This document shows, piece by piece, positions 40,401 through 55,400 of a DNA stretch of 64,000 nt. Position 1 is the stretch's first letter; the number at the start of each line of letters is the position of its first letter. This stretch comes from Phoronis australis (lineage: Eukaryota > Animalia > Phoronida): NCBI GenBank assembly GCA_002633005.1, contig NMRA01000440.1, positions 177,748 through 241,747 of the forward strand, read 5' to 3'. The notes beneath the pieces are model-generated. The model was not told the DNA's origin. It made no database searches and saw only the letters and a program-made list of their open reading frames with translations. The position numbers and the translations under genes were made by a program.

Positions 40401-43400
40401 CACAACACAGAGACAGGCAATGATAGTTCAATGATCTCTGTACACACAGCTCACTGACCCATGTACTGAATCATCAGACCTACCAGGAGATTCAACAAAT
40501 CCAGACATAGGATGCGCTGTAGTGGTTGTCGTGGAGATGGTGGTGGTTGCCAGGGATACCTGCGTGCCTGCTGTAGTGGTGGTGTTCAGTTCCCACGGGT
40601 CATTGGTGTAGTTTAAGCTCAGCCATGTTGAGCCATCTGGTTCAACACACTTCATGTAGTCATTGGCACCTGTTCAGACAGAAACACATTCACTTTACAA
40701 TACTGCCACCTCTTCACAAGTTACTCCAAACATGAAGTTACAACGAGAAAAAATATCATGCTCACTAATATTGGTTATAATAAATCTTTTATCACATGAA
40801 ATTATCTCTAAGAATAAATCACACAAATCATTTTAAGACAGTCCAAAGAAAATCACATTTGGACTTAAGGCAAGCAACTGCTTCTTTCCAAAAGTTAAAC
40901 AACTCACGTGCTATAACAATGTCAGAGGAACTGGGTATGATGTTAACCTGCCAATCATAGATTGTGTACGGGCTACAGTCAGGGCAGACAGAATGAAGAC
41001 GTAGGCGCTTATCTGAGTTAATCACACCATCAGAGCAGTCGACACACTGCACACTTAGCCTATCAAAAGAGAAGGAGGAAGAGAGGTATTGTAACACAAA
41101 GACACTTGTATCAATGTAAGCAGTCAAGTGACATAGCACCTTTATCATAGCAACAGCCCACTAATTCATTCAGATGAACTTATTTTCACGACCACTACCC
41201 AGAGAGTCAACTAAGCAGACAACCTGCTGGTGTCCAACAGCACAAATGGAGAGACGGGAGCGTACTTACACTTCACATTCCATAGAGTCTATTCTTTCTC
41301 ATGCCTCCTTGAATAAACATTTCTCTGTTCACAACTTTGCCAAACTCACACATATTATACATGTTGTGTTGCCGTTGACAGTCTTAATCGTCACTTTTCA
41401 CACATTTATTATTCACCATTTTGATGATGTCTGGGACCAAAAAAGGCATGGTTACTTACTTGAGCCGGGACTCCTCACCCAACACAGTGATGACCTGAGT
41501 TGACCACGATGATCGCTCACCACAGATGGTGGTCAAGTTGAACACAAACTGACCGACAGGCTTCAGGAGGCGGGCTGGGAAGGTGATGGTGAGGTTGTTA
41601 GTCAGGTGGATGTCCGAAGTGTTGTGGATAAAGCAGGACTCCGTTGATCCCAGTCGACTGCATGACCAGTTGTACCTGGAGTGCACGTACAGTGTGCGAT
41701 GACGTAACCACAGTAATGCGCAATACATTGAACAAAGGACTGTTCCACAATACTTGTGACTAAAGGCTGGAAAGGTCATATGCATGGTGATCACACACAG
41801 ACTTGTGTGGTCTAGCATAACCACTCTTATAATACAAGGTCATATGCATGGTGATCACACACAGACTTGTGTGGTCTAGCATAACCAGTCTTATAATACA
41901 AGGTCATATGCATGGTGATCACACACAGACTTGTGTGGTCTAGCATAACCAGTCTTATAATACAAGGTCATATGCATGGTGATCACACACAGACTTGTGT
42001 GGTCTAGCATAACCAGTCTTATAATACACAGCCCAGGTTACAAGCCAGACTATGTTTAAAGCAACTGTGCAAATAAACTGTTTGTATGGTGACAGCTGAA
42101 TCTGTCCAACTAATCATACAACTGATATAGCTGTGTTCATGTAAATATCTTTATGCTAATCATCAATATTTGACATTTTCAGGCAGTCTTTCCTTTTACA
42201 GTGAATACAACATAATCCATTATTTAAATGTTTAGTAGTCACATGAATGTGTGTCAAACAGTAACTCTTCAAAGCACACACACAAAATCAAAAGCTTGAT
42301 AGTTGGCACCACCTACAATCATATTGAGCACTAAATGGGAACTTTGAAATCACCGAGTTGAAGGTAAGATAGAATAAAAATGAAGTCGTTTAATAAGCAA
42401 AATACACCCATGACCTCCATTGCGACCACAGTTCTAGTCATATAGCCAGAAACAGCTTGTGAACTACCCATTGACCTTTATATGGATGAACAAGAAACTG
42501 AAGTGCGCACATCGCAGAGTGGAGATTTATGAGATATCCCCCTCCCACCACCTGCTGGTTGACCATGTAACATGTTCTGTCGGTCTTCCTTCTCATCTGC
42601 TGGTCAATTTCCCATAACCCCTTGTGTATGTGACACTTTATACACAAAAAGATAAATTTTCATGTCCACTCAACCAGACTGGCAAAAATAGAAAAGAAGA
42701 AAAAAAAACAAATACCTGAGTGCCATTCCCGTCATATCTGGATCATTGGACAAGGAACCGTTAAGTGTCAATGTGTCGTTACGTCCAACCTCACGTTCGA
42801 TACCTCCACTGATAATGCTGATGATATTGGAAGGTTGAACAGTCAGGCTGATTTCAGCTCTTGAGTAAACTATGGTACCATTCATCTTGACCTACAACAA
42901 CATTAGTGATTGCAACATAGGACATAAGAGGTCATCAAATAGTGTAGACTCCCTGATACTCTGTATAACAAGAGTGTGGTATCCCATTAGGATCTTAAAT
43001 CAGTTATAATAACTGCTTTGGAGCTCCAGACTGGTATGATAAAGGGACACAGATGTTTACCTCAATCTGCAGGATGTAATCACCATAAGGTAGTGACCTG
43101 GCAGGCATGTACAAGACTTGGTTAGTGATGGCCGGGTAGTTGACCCCGGTGCCGTTGGCATGACGGATGGTCCACCGTGAGGTAGCCACACTGGTCAGTT
43201 GACAGTCAATGTCCAGGCTTGCCTCCACACGTATCACCTCTGAGTACAGCACCTGAACATTCAACATATGTGATATAACTTCTGAACACGACTCAGTATC
43301 AATATCAGCAACCCTAAAAGAACCAGTCTTGGTAGAAGTCTCCATATTAGTACAATTATCCATAACAGCAAAAGCACCAATATCACTAGAGGTCACAGTA

Positions 43401-46400
43401 TCAGTATCAGACATACTACCGGTATCACTAGAGGTCACAGTATGAGGTTAGTGAAACATTAACAACGTAAAGGAGTGTCTAGTAGCAGAAGATCATTAAG
43501 TTAGCAAGCCATTAATAGACAAGAGTATAAACTAGCCAGCACATCAACATATGTCTTGGGGCAAACATTACACCAATCATCCTCCTAGTCTGCACAGTAA
43601 CCTAGCCAGAGAATGTTGTTGAGTTATACAGGATGTGAACTGCTGTGTTAAAATGAATGTAGGTCACATGGTAATGGCCCATAAAACAGAAATTGTATTT
43701 TGACATTTACAAATTTATTATCAATACCACAATAAGTAGGTCATGGTAAATATGTCAAACGCTCATTAATGTAGTAGATTAGTTCAACAGCTAAAAAGAC
43801 CATCTGTGCCTTCCAGTAATGGGTGCTTACCTTGTGAGTCTGTCGCTGACTACCAAGTATCTTGATACGTGCTGGTTGACAAGGTCGTTCCACCACAAAC
43901 ACGTTCTGTGTAACGGTGAAGTTACTGACCAAGTTATGAGCCACCAGTTGCAGAATGTATTCCCCAGGGCTGGAACAGAGCAACATTAATTAGAGCAGAC
44001 CAGAGCAACCAAGTAATACTAACAGCTGGATAGTAATGTCAGCTTGACTTAACAGCCACGACCTCTGAGAAACATACACTCAGAGGAACATTACACTCTG
44101 AGGAACATTACACTCTGAGGAACATTACACTCTGAGGAACATTACACTCTGAGGAACATTACACTCTGAGGAACATTACACTCTGAGGAACATTACACTC
44201 TGAGGAACATTACACTCTGAGGAACATTACACTTTGAGGAACATTACACTTTGAGGAACATTACACTTTGAGGAACATTACACTTTGAGGAACATTACAC
44301 TTTGAGGAAAATTACACTTTGAGGAACATTACACTTTGAGGAACATTACATTTTGAGGAACATTACACTTTGAGGAACATTACACTTTTACCCATCAGTC
44401 ACATTCACTTACACTTCCAAAACAACAAACATTCAGTTACCATATCCGCCTGTTGATCGTGCCTGGCTGAATTCGGATTTTCAACATTTTCTGTTTTGAA
44501 TGCTCATGTCTCACATGTAATGGGCTTTATGCACTCCTTGAATTTTTAGTTGCTCAGTGTTAAACTAGGCTTTACCAGTAATGTACTGTACACACAGCCT
44601 CCTTACCTGCTGTACCTATGCTGAGTGTCAAGAGTGAGTGTTGTCATCTTCTGTCCATCACCAAACGACCAATCGTACGTCATATCTGAACCAAGGTAGT
44701 GGCTGGCCGTGAACATGAGTGAACTATTGACCACGTTGTTAGCACCCACGGTAATTGTCACCACTCCAACAGGTTGAATCACGTGGATTTCTAGAAGCTG
44801 TGATGTGACTTCACTCACAGGATTGGAGGCTGTAACCCGAACGTAATATCTGCACAAAAAACAACACTGTATCAATGATTGTAATCAAAATAAGAGAAAC
44901 GTCGAAGCATGACTAAATTCAAGAGTCAACGGTGCGATCAACAGACATATACAACTCACGTTTTCATCTCGCAATCGGTTACACAAACAACCCGACTTAA
45001 AACATATTAGTGTCAACTCACGGTGACTTGGGATTGGTGTATATATAACTGGTCGTCGGAATCGACTTTGGTGGGAATGTATTCTCCATGCCATAGTCCC
45101 ACAGGTACTCGGTCACAATACCAGTAACGTTAGGCTCGTAGACAGCAGTGAATTGGACCACAGCATCAGTCTCGTGCAGTGTTCCATTAGCAGTTATTGT
45201 CACACCTGTAAGATGATGGACATGTGTACCATACAGGGAAAGTGACTAGCTGAAGCTGCTACGTCCACACACTTAGCAAAGTAAGAAAGGATAAAAAAGA
45301 TAAAAGAATACGGACGTAAGTAGGTCTGTGAACCTTTTGAAAAAAGAAATTCGCTAAAAGTAATGGTTTTTTTCTTTGAACAGTAAGGCGCAGGTTTCAA
45401 AATGAGCAAGGCTCCGGCCAGTATCAGTTGTGCTGTTTCTAGAACTTATCTATCAACCTGGGCACTTCAAGAGGTGAGAGGAAACGAACATTTAAAGAGA
45501 CATTATTGGCAAGAAAAGTGATTTTCAGAGATCATCCTCTGCACAGAATGGTACGTGCATTTCCCGCTGTCCTAGTACAACACTTTTTGGCCAAGTTGAG
45601 CACCTCTCAATAAATGACAGAATATTTTAAGTATATTTGACAGGTAAAGTCAGCAGTCTTGACTTGAGTGAATGACTGGCAGGCAATGACGAGAACTGGC
45701 GATTTGTAATAAACTAATAAAATACAAATTTTGTTGTCTTATAGCTCTGGTAAAAGCTACCTTCACAAAGTCTATCCATCTGACAATTAACCCGAAAATG
45801 CATTATTAGCTGTAAAGTCGATAATGTCCATTGTAATAATTCTATATATTAATTACTTAGTTCCTTTTCATTAGCTATAACAACATCATAATGACAGAGT
45901 ACTTGGTAATAGCTTTTAGAAGTCACACAGGTCAGTCACACACTATCTCCTCAGCTACTAAGTCTTATGCCTGAAATCCAAACACCTGAAGTCCAACTGC
46001 AATGTTGCAGTCTCAATATTTTCTCTTCTACCTTAGTTTGAGCACAAGTGGTATTATTTCTGCTTGTATTTAGAGTCAAGCTACAATTTCAAGTTTTGGA
46101 GCCTGAAAATGAGGATGATCAAGTGAAAATTTCAACTGCATATTTCTCCAACAGAATCAACATGAAACTACAGATGACTAAGTGTGAGATAACCAACAGT
46201 TATCTATTGCGTACTAGAAAACAATTGTGGTTTGACTGAAGCGTGCTTCAAACCTCAACTAGCGAAATTCTACAGAAGACACTCTAGTGACTGAGGGTTC
46301 TGTAGAGTTTATTACTCAATTAATAGAATAAACAGATAATTTCAATTTCTGAGTCATCATTTCCCTTATCTAGGTCTAAACTCGTAACATTTGAAAGATT

Positions 46401-49400
46401 TATCACTCTTATAATTAGTCCTACAAATCTCTATATATGAGGAGAAACAGTCTCACCATGTAACAATTTATATCTATCTACATAAACCAAAATGCACTAC
46501 AGCATAGAATCAAAGACACATATCTCAAGGCAGTACTTTAAGAGAGCAGAAAGTATCACATTCAACAGGAGTGTAAATTTAGAGATTGCACTTGGGGTCC
46601 AGTCATGACTTACTTTGCAGTTCCTGTACGATGGCAGTTGTGAGCGTCTCACGGACTTGACTGTTGTCAAGCAAGTTGCTGGCAGTGCACGTGACAGCGT
46701 ACCTGCCCACCTCGAAGAACGTGTGATTGACAGTTGGCCCTGAGCAATGTAATAAAAATATGCATGACTATTAAACACGTGCGACATGACAAGTAAAACA
46801 TGGTTTGCCTAACTAACTTAAAGGTCTTGGTTTAATCTAGCCCATCCCATAATAGTAACAGTTTGTCTTATTTCTAACAGAAAGGTGGCTACAAACTAAC
46901 CAGATGCAACAAGACAAGACAAGTGACATACCTGCACCTACAGATTGGCTGCCATCGCCAAACTGCCACCAATACACGACATTGGTGCCGTGCTGTACAC
47001 GTGCTGTGAAGGAAATAGGCTTGCCATAGTGTTGACCACCAGATGGGCTACTGGAAATGGTCAAACCAACAGGCTTCTTCAGCAACTGAATGGTCTTGGA
47101 CGCCGTCAGATTACCAAGAGGGTTAGTGGCAGTCACTTTAATGGTATACACGCCCTCTAACAAATATCAATAAAACATGAGTCAGCAAACGAGATTAAGC
47201 TTTCACAAAAAGGAGCATTTGCTTTTAAGTTGACAGGTTAACATAACAGATTTACAAACACATATTGACAAGTGTTAACTGTGAATACAAAAACAGTTAA
47301 AAGCACAGAAATAAACAACACGCTTCCTATGCTTTCTTTCAAAAGGTACTTAACTGTGTCTTTTAGCATTTAACTACTATCCCTATGAATTTACTAATTC
47401 CACAAGATTATCATTTTATTACAAATAACACATTCTCCTTTTAGAATTGAGATGCAGGTCCTAGAAAACTTTTGCATTAGCAACATTCACGTCAAAAAGA
47501 AACAAAATTCAATTTGAACTGTCGTAGCATATGCCCCCACACATTATACATTAAACTCACCGCTGGTAAATGCAGGAGTACCATCCCCGGTGACTTCAGA
47601 CGAAAAGAAATCCTTCATCAAACCCTTCACCTGCTGTGTGGCCCCATTGCCATAGTCAAAGGTGAACTGTACATTACTGCCATACTCCACCCTGTCAAGA
47701 ACAGGAAATAGACACTGTCAGTCACTGACAAGATGGACTAAAGTGACGCTGTCAATCACTGACAAGATGGCCAAAAGTGGTCAGATCCGTCTTATGCAGT
47801 TTTCCAAAATTGTCAACAATTTCAAAATCATTAAAAACACAAGCTGAAGGGAGGGAAGTAACCGTCGTTGTACGCTTTTATAACTTTCTATAAATGTTGA
47901 TGCAAATAAGTCATCTAAAGTAAAAATTATCAGTAGTCTCAGACCACTGGTCTGTATCGACAAGGGGTCTGCACAAAACATTACGTCGGTACGTTGCTAA
48001 TAGCGGCATCCCAAAATACTCCAGCCCCATTAATCATTCTAAGGTATTTACACATAATGCATCAATAGGACACTTGTCCCCCAGTTGTGCACTGCTGCCA
48101 CGACAATTACTATTTTACTACATTCATTTTTTGTCATCTTGATAAAGATTCACAAAAACAAATAAATAACAACTGTAAAACAAACCAGAACAACACTCCA
48201 TTCTCATAATCACACAAGTCAATCAAAGCCATTTTAAAACGTCTTTCACATGTGATACATCTTTCCAATAACACACCCTTCACCTTTCACATAACACAAC
48301 CTTCACCGTAACACGTCCTTCGCCTTTTACATAGCAGGTCCTCTGCCTTCAACATGCTATGACTTTCACCTTTCACATAACATGACTTTCACCTTTCACA
48401 TAACATGACTTTCACCTTTCACATAACATGACTTTCACCTTTCACATAACATGACTTTCACCTTTCACATAAAATGACTTTCACCTTTCACATAACATGA
48501 CTTTCACCTTTCACATAACATGACTTTCACCTTTCACATAACATCATTCACACAACACATAAACTAGACCACACAGCGCTACCTAATTAAACCAATAACT
48601 AACTCACTTAGCGGTCAAAACTATATTTCTGGTGCTCCACTGTCCACCCAGTAGCTGCAGCTCGTAGGCGTCGTCCCAGACCAGGGTCAAGTCAGCCATG
48701 GGTTGGACAACAAGTACCTGGATAGAGGCAGTCACAGGCTTAGTGTAGAGCGCGTTGACCACATCTACCTTTATGGTATATTCGGATGCTGTGGCAGGGA
48801 ACACGAACACAGCTTGACTAGAGTTGGTAGTGCTGAAGAAACAGAGAACATCACCGTTTTATACAGATAACACACACCCTTTTCTTTGTTTTTAGTGTTA
48901 ACTGAAAGTAATTTGATTGCTTGAACATTCTGCTGTTTATATAGGTAACCAGTGTTGGTTAGAGTTGAACATTCTGCTGTTTATATAGGTGACCAGTGTT
49001 GGTTAGAGTTGAACAATATTTTCCACACATCAGCTTACTGATAGGGAGTAACTTCCTTCAGGGTTTCTTAATAAGGCAAAGTAGGTTCAAAATTTTGCAC
49101 AGATGTCCAAGATACCACATGAAGTTTAACGATGGTTTGTGCAATCAGATACTCCATCACAGCCGATATATTTCAGTTTCAAATTGACATTGGAACTAGT
49201 GCTTCAAAGGGCATTAAACTATGAAACAGTGTAGCACTAACAAATATAATGTTCATACAAACATTACTGAATGGTCATGCTAAGTACCACACCCAACCTA
49301 TGAATGGTCATGCTAAGTACCACACCCAACCTATTAATGGCCAGGCTCTTGCTTGAGGTTAACTGCTTTAACAACAGAAAAGTACTCACGACTGAACACG

Positions 49401-52400
49401 GATTCTGTATGACCTTAAGTTCCACCAAAAGGACAAGCCGTTGCCCGACGCAACATTCACTGTGGCAACCACTGGCCCACTGTTAAAGGGGACGACTCTT
49501 CTGGCAGTCAGAACTACCCCAGTGATCGGCTCGTCAACACTAGCGACACCATTCACCACCACCCAGGAGACCTGATTGGAGATGTTGACCTTGACCTCGT
49601 ATTCACCTATCGCAGGGAACACATGATTGAACTTGAACCTGAAGATTGGCATGATGCTGTGACTGAAACTCTGGCGCTGGTTCTCCAACTCCGTCAGTTC
49701 ATTATGCGCAACACGCAACGAGGCACCATCACTACTGGCAACCTCTAATGTGAAGTTGGCGCCGCCTTCAACCCTGAACCTCAACTCGGAGGCGCTGCCA
49801 TTGACAACAGGGGGCGTGACGAGAGATGCGGCAATTATGGGGTGTTGTGCAAAGACCTCCTTCAGAATGTCTGATGAACTGATCTCATTACTAACGGTCA
49901 ATGTTATGTTGCTGGTTCCAGCCTTAGTCCACTTGAGCAGGGCTAGTGGTGTCCTGGACATCACAGTTAGCTGGTCCGGACAAGTCCACGAGAATACAAG
50001 CTGAGAGCCTGAAGATGCAAGAACAGTCCACTTGGTGGTAAGGGGAGGGCTGGAAGTAAGGTGGAAGCAGGTGTAGACATTGGATTGATGACAATGTGTT
50101 CCTCATACTATGTCATACAATCAGCACAGCAATAACATTGTTCTAAGAACTGATTCCACAACACACAAGATCAAGTCAAGAAATAACATGCAAATCATTA
50201 TACCATTCAGAAACATATATTGGGATGGAAGACTGAATTAACTTAACATTTTTTTTAGCAGCCTGGCTCGATACCAGTATGATCCTCATTCCATAACACA
50301 TGATCAGCAGACAACAATCAAGCGAGATGTGAACAAAAGCTGATATAATAATAGTTTCTTTGCTTTAAAAACCCAAATAACGTTCCTGTCTATACGTACT
50401 TGTATAGAGGCAGTATAGAGGGACCATCAATTGCGACCTCCGTGACCTTTTCCAATACTGCGACAACAGCAAGCAGGTGTCCAAGTCTGACCATGTACAC
50501 ACCAGGCATTAGGTATGTGTGGATGATCTGTGATTGGTCAGCACCCACGCTCTCTGTCATGCCGTCACCGTAGTGGACGACAGAGGTGACACCTGACTGG
50601 AAGTTCTACAAGTAGTAAGTCTCCATTTAGATCATGTGGTTTGACAGAAGGACATCATCTTAACGGGGCGGATAATTAGAATGAAAAAATTACTTTGACA
50701 GTTTGATGAAATGACTCCATGGTCTGAGCTACCCATGATCACCATCATCAGTTTGGTGAAATGTCTATATAGTCTGAGCTACTAATGATCACCATCATCA
50801 GTTTGGTGAAATGTCTATATAGTCTGAGCTACTAATGATCACCATCATCAGTTTGGTGAAATGTCTATATAGTCTGAGCTACTAATGATCACCATCATCA
50901 GTTTGGTGAAATGTCTATATAGTCCGAGCTACTCATCATCAGCCACACTTCCAACATAGACTTGGCATATTAACTCACTACCAAACAAGGGCCATAAGAA
51001 TGAACCACCAATAAAGCCAATGTAAACCAAAATGTATTGATGACTGCGTACAACTAATAGTTACAATCAAACGTGGTACAATTCTCCCACTGTCCAGGTT
51101 GACTTACCTTGACTGTAAGCAAAACTGACTGACCAACTTCAACAATATGAGATGCAGCCGTCAGGCGAGGAGTGGAAGACATGGCAAACACTGTCACAGA
51201 ATGATGTAATGTCAGCTGACTCACTGGAAAACCAAAAGGACATTTACAGCTACATTGAAAATGATAGATATTTCTTTTGTAATTCACAATCTTTGACCAT
51301 TTGTAATTCACAATCCTTGATCATTTGCAATTCACAATCTTTGACCATTTGTAATTCATAGTCTTTGACCATTTGTAATTCAGTCTTTGACCATTTGTAA
51401 TTCACAATCTTTGACTATTTGCAGTGGCAAAATTGACAACAGTTGAGATGATACAATGCACAGTTAAACACATGTTCAAGCTTCGGAGTTTTGTGATAAA
51501 CCAATGAACATCTTAAGACAAATGAGAAGGTATCGGGAAAGCGAGGTCCACGTGGTTAAATGGCACTCAGAAATGTGACATCATATATGAACCAACAAAC
51601 CAACCTACAAACTATAATATGGGTTATAACACCCTACTCTACAAAACAAGGAGCAATATTCTATGATCATTAAGACAATGTCCAGCTGTCAAATACGCAC
51701 TTGGACAAAACCAACTGAAAAACAAAAATCAAAATCAATTCCTGACTAGTCGGTGGTTAATCTCGCCAATCGCCACCACTCTACTCACCAATATTGGACA
51801 CGGTGACATTGATGGTGTAGACACCAGGTTGGGTGAATACCATGTTACAGAATGGAAGAGCAGACACAGAGCACTGAGCACCCCAAGTATATAGCACATC
51901 ACTACGGTTACACAACATGTCTAGAAACAGATAAGACACTTCTAAACACGCTGTTTAACATAAGATGGAAAACATTTTAAACGCCATGCTACTTAAATCT
52001 TACATTCACATGTGATGTAAACATTAACTGTTTGTGGTTACACTCAACTAGAGTCATTTTAGAATTAAAAATCTCTTTACAAGCGATACAAGGTAAAAAC
52101 AATTTACAAGACTGCTTACTTCTGAGGGTATGACAAGCATCAGTTCACTTATTTTCATTCATGATTTTAATTTTAATTCAGTTTTGGACCTTGTAAATCA
52201 CAGTTTCAAGTTTCACTTAAACTAGAACCAGTGAGCACCAGTCTATATCCCGGGTTAGACATACGCTGGGTTTCATTTCAATTACACAAAATCACTAACA
52301 TTTAATGCTACATCATTAGTCATTCAAAGATACAACAATTATTTCCATGTCACTGAGGCCTAGACAGACATGTACCGAACTCATCTTTTAGACCAGGCAT

Positions 52401-55400
52401 GGTTTGCATAAAAACTTAAAGGCTGTCAATGAGATTCTACATGACTTCAGAGACTAATGTAATCCCTTACCTGCGGACAACACAGCCAACTGCACTGTAT
52501 CTCCAACAACTACACTAGCTAAACTTTGTAATGTGAGGCCATCCACCAGCTCCTCCGTATGGATATAATGAACACGCGAGATGGTGCTAACATTATTGAA
52601 CGCATGAACCTTGACAGTATGCAACCCAGCTGTGGTAAATGTATGATTGACAGACACTGGTTCATGAGCACTATGTGGTCCAGACACCCAGATGTGATCA
52701 TCGCCGGCATCCAGCCAGTAGTAAATATCAGTGCCATGCAAAGAGGTCATGTACAAGGTGACGGTATGACCGAGGACGACGTGAGGGTCAGAACTGACCA
52801 CCAGGTGGCTCACTAAATCCTGAACAATGATCCCACCAGGCAGAGATGTGTTGGTGCCAGACAGGCTATTACGTGCCTCCACAGTGATATTGTACACACC
52901 AGCCATCAAAGTGAAGTTAGCCAGTCTCTTCTCATCGTCATAAACAATGCCAGGCAAGGAGCGTTGGTTCACAAACCAACGGTAGCTCACACGCGTCCCT
53001 TGTGCCACACCGCACATCGCCTGAATGGTTGTACCTGAGGGAACATAGCGTTGTGCTGACGTGGACATCCACAGGCCCTCAACAGGGGTCAGTGTCTCCA
53101 CTAATGAAAGCGCTGTGGCAGCACCAAACAGATTCCAGACAGACACAAAGATAGAATGTTGTCCAAGGAAAGTGAAGTTGTAAGGCAAATAAAAATTGTG
53201 AGTAGATACATTGTAGGTCCCCGCAGCATTCTGCACGGACCAATCAAATGTCATATTAACTGAAGGAACAGCGACAAATGCTGTGATGTTATACTGTTTA
53301 TTGTGTACCAAAAAATTGCTGAGAACAATAGACACTCCTTCTAGTTCTTGCAACACGACCAATGATTTGTTCAACTGCGTGTGTAGCTTGCTGGCATTGT
53401 TGAACACATGGAACAAGGGAACATACTGCCCTTCATAACTGTATTCATGCTCCAACTGTAGGTGAAGCGTACAGCCCGCGCCATAACTGGACATCAAAAA
53501 CAGAGAGTCGTTGGCACGATTGCCCCCACTTAGCAAGCGTCCCTCCTCTGTAAGAATCGAGAACTGGTTCACGTCGCCATCGCCAAAGTTAACCACAAGG
53601 TACGAATCCTGTCTCGAGGCTGTCACCATTGTGATGGCAAATTGAGCCACTTCCAGCCTCTTGTTAACTAGTGGACTGGTCAGCTGTACATTGAAGCTTG
53701 AAATGGTGTCACTCATCACTGCCTGAAAACACAAACAACATTCTCAGGCCCTTGAAGACTTTCTTTTACTATTGAAAGTTTTAGTGACTTCACTCTATGG
53801 CCAATGAAACAACAGAATGTAAAATACAAATTATTTTGAGCTTAACTTCAGGTAAACCAACCTTCAAATACTGCTTTATACTCCCTTAACTCCCAGTAAA
53901 CCAACCTTCACAAACCACTTAATACTCACTTAACTCCCAGTAAACCAACCTTCACAAACCACTTTATACTCCCTTAACTCCCAGTAAACCAACCTTCACA
54001 AACCACTTTATACTCCCTTAACTCCCAGTAAACCAACCTTCACAAACCACTTTATACTCCCTTAACTCCCAGTAAACCAACCTTCACAAACCACTTTATA
54101 CTCCCTTAACTCCCAGTAGGCCAACTCTTCATGTACCAGTTTATACTTCCACCAAGGTACTTACTATTAGCATGGATGACTCAAGCCAGCCAAGTGTGTT
54201 AGAAACATTCACATTGACAGTGTAGATTCCAAGTGAGGGGAAAACATGGCTCTGCAACAGACAACTCAGGACACTATGTACAGTAATCTACACGCTTCAC
54301 ATACACAGTCAGGTCAAGGTAAACTTACAATACTTGTGATGGGAAATATGGAGTAAAGCAGAAAAGTTGGTGAAAGCAATCCATTGTCATCACAACGACT
54401 GAACACTGTCCAGAAGGATGTATACCTTAACTATAACAAGACCAGGCTTTGAACACTGTCCAGAAGGATGTATACCTTAACTATAACAAGGCCAGGCTTT
54501 GAACACTGTCCAGAAGGATGTATACCTTAACTATAACAAGACCAGGCTTTGAACACTGTCCAGAAGGATGTATACCTTAACTATAACAAGACCAGGCTTT
54601 GAACACCGTCCAGAAGGATGTATACCTTAACTATAACAAGACCAGGCTTTGAACACTGTCCAGAAGGATGTATACCTTAACTATAACAAGACCAGGCTTT
54701 GAACACTGTCCAGAATGATACTTTAACTAAGACAAGACCTGGCTTTCACTAAGGACCTTCTAGAGACACAGCGGCAGATTTTAGCACATTTGTATGCTTT
54801 CAGGTGTCCAGAGGGGTGTTGCAATAAATCTGACAAGCTTTGAAACTGGAGCAATACCAGGATCAACAGTATTTTTCCCATAAACTGTTCCTCATCCCAT
54901 ATTTTCGGCACACATTTCCACAGACAAATTTTGTTATCAGTAGTCATGAAGGAGTGCAGCTGGTTACTAACACCCATTAACACAGTAGTAGTGACAAACG
55001 TCTCAACAAGTCCAATAGTAATGCTTTTGGCACTTTCCGTACTAACATAACACCAGAGGGCAGTAAAATGTTTGCAAAAGTCAGACGGTCCACAGTAGAA
55101 ACTAGACATGTGCAAGAAATAACAGCCAGTTTTCTACAAGTCTTTTAACAATAATTTATTGGCACCAAGTACTCTAGTTGGATTTGTAAATTGAATTATC
55201 TTTTTAAATCTACGAAAACGACTTATTTTCGATCTTATTACCTAAATTGAAATTTTTTTTAACAAGTTCAAACCAAGACGTCACAATTAACACCAGACAG
55301 TGCATAGGAAGATGCGATGAGGATCTTAACAACCAACTGTTTGTTGACAACGTTTAATAGCAATAAATTTCCGCTTTATCAAGATAAGAACCTAATTTAA

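Noticed and set aside
40455-40483. Alternative donor GTGAGC at 40454
   Set aside because: It gives phase 0, incompatible with the next phase-1 exons; GTAGGT at 40483 fits.
43253-43438. Ser/Thr/Asp-rich 5' part of the 144-aa ORF
   Set aside because: It lies upstream of the acceptor at 43253; the phase-0 join from 43831 to 43252 is complete without it, and it contains local duplications.
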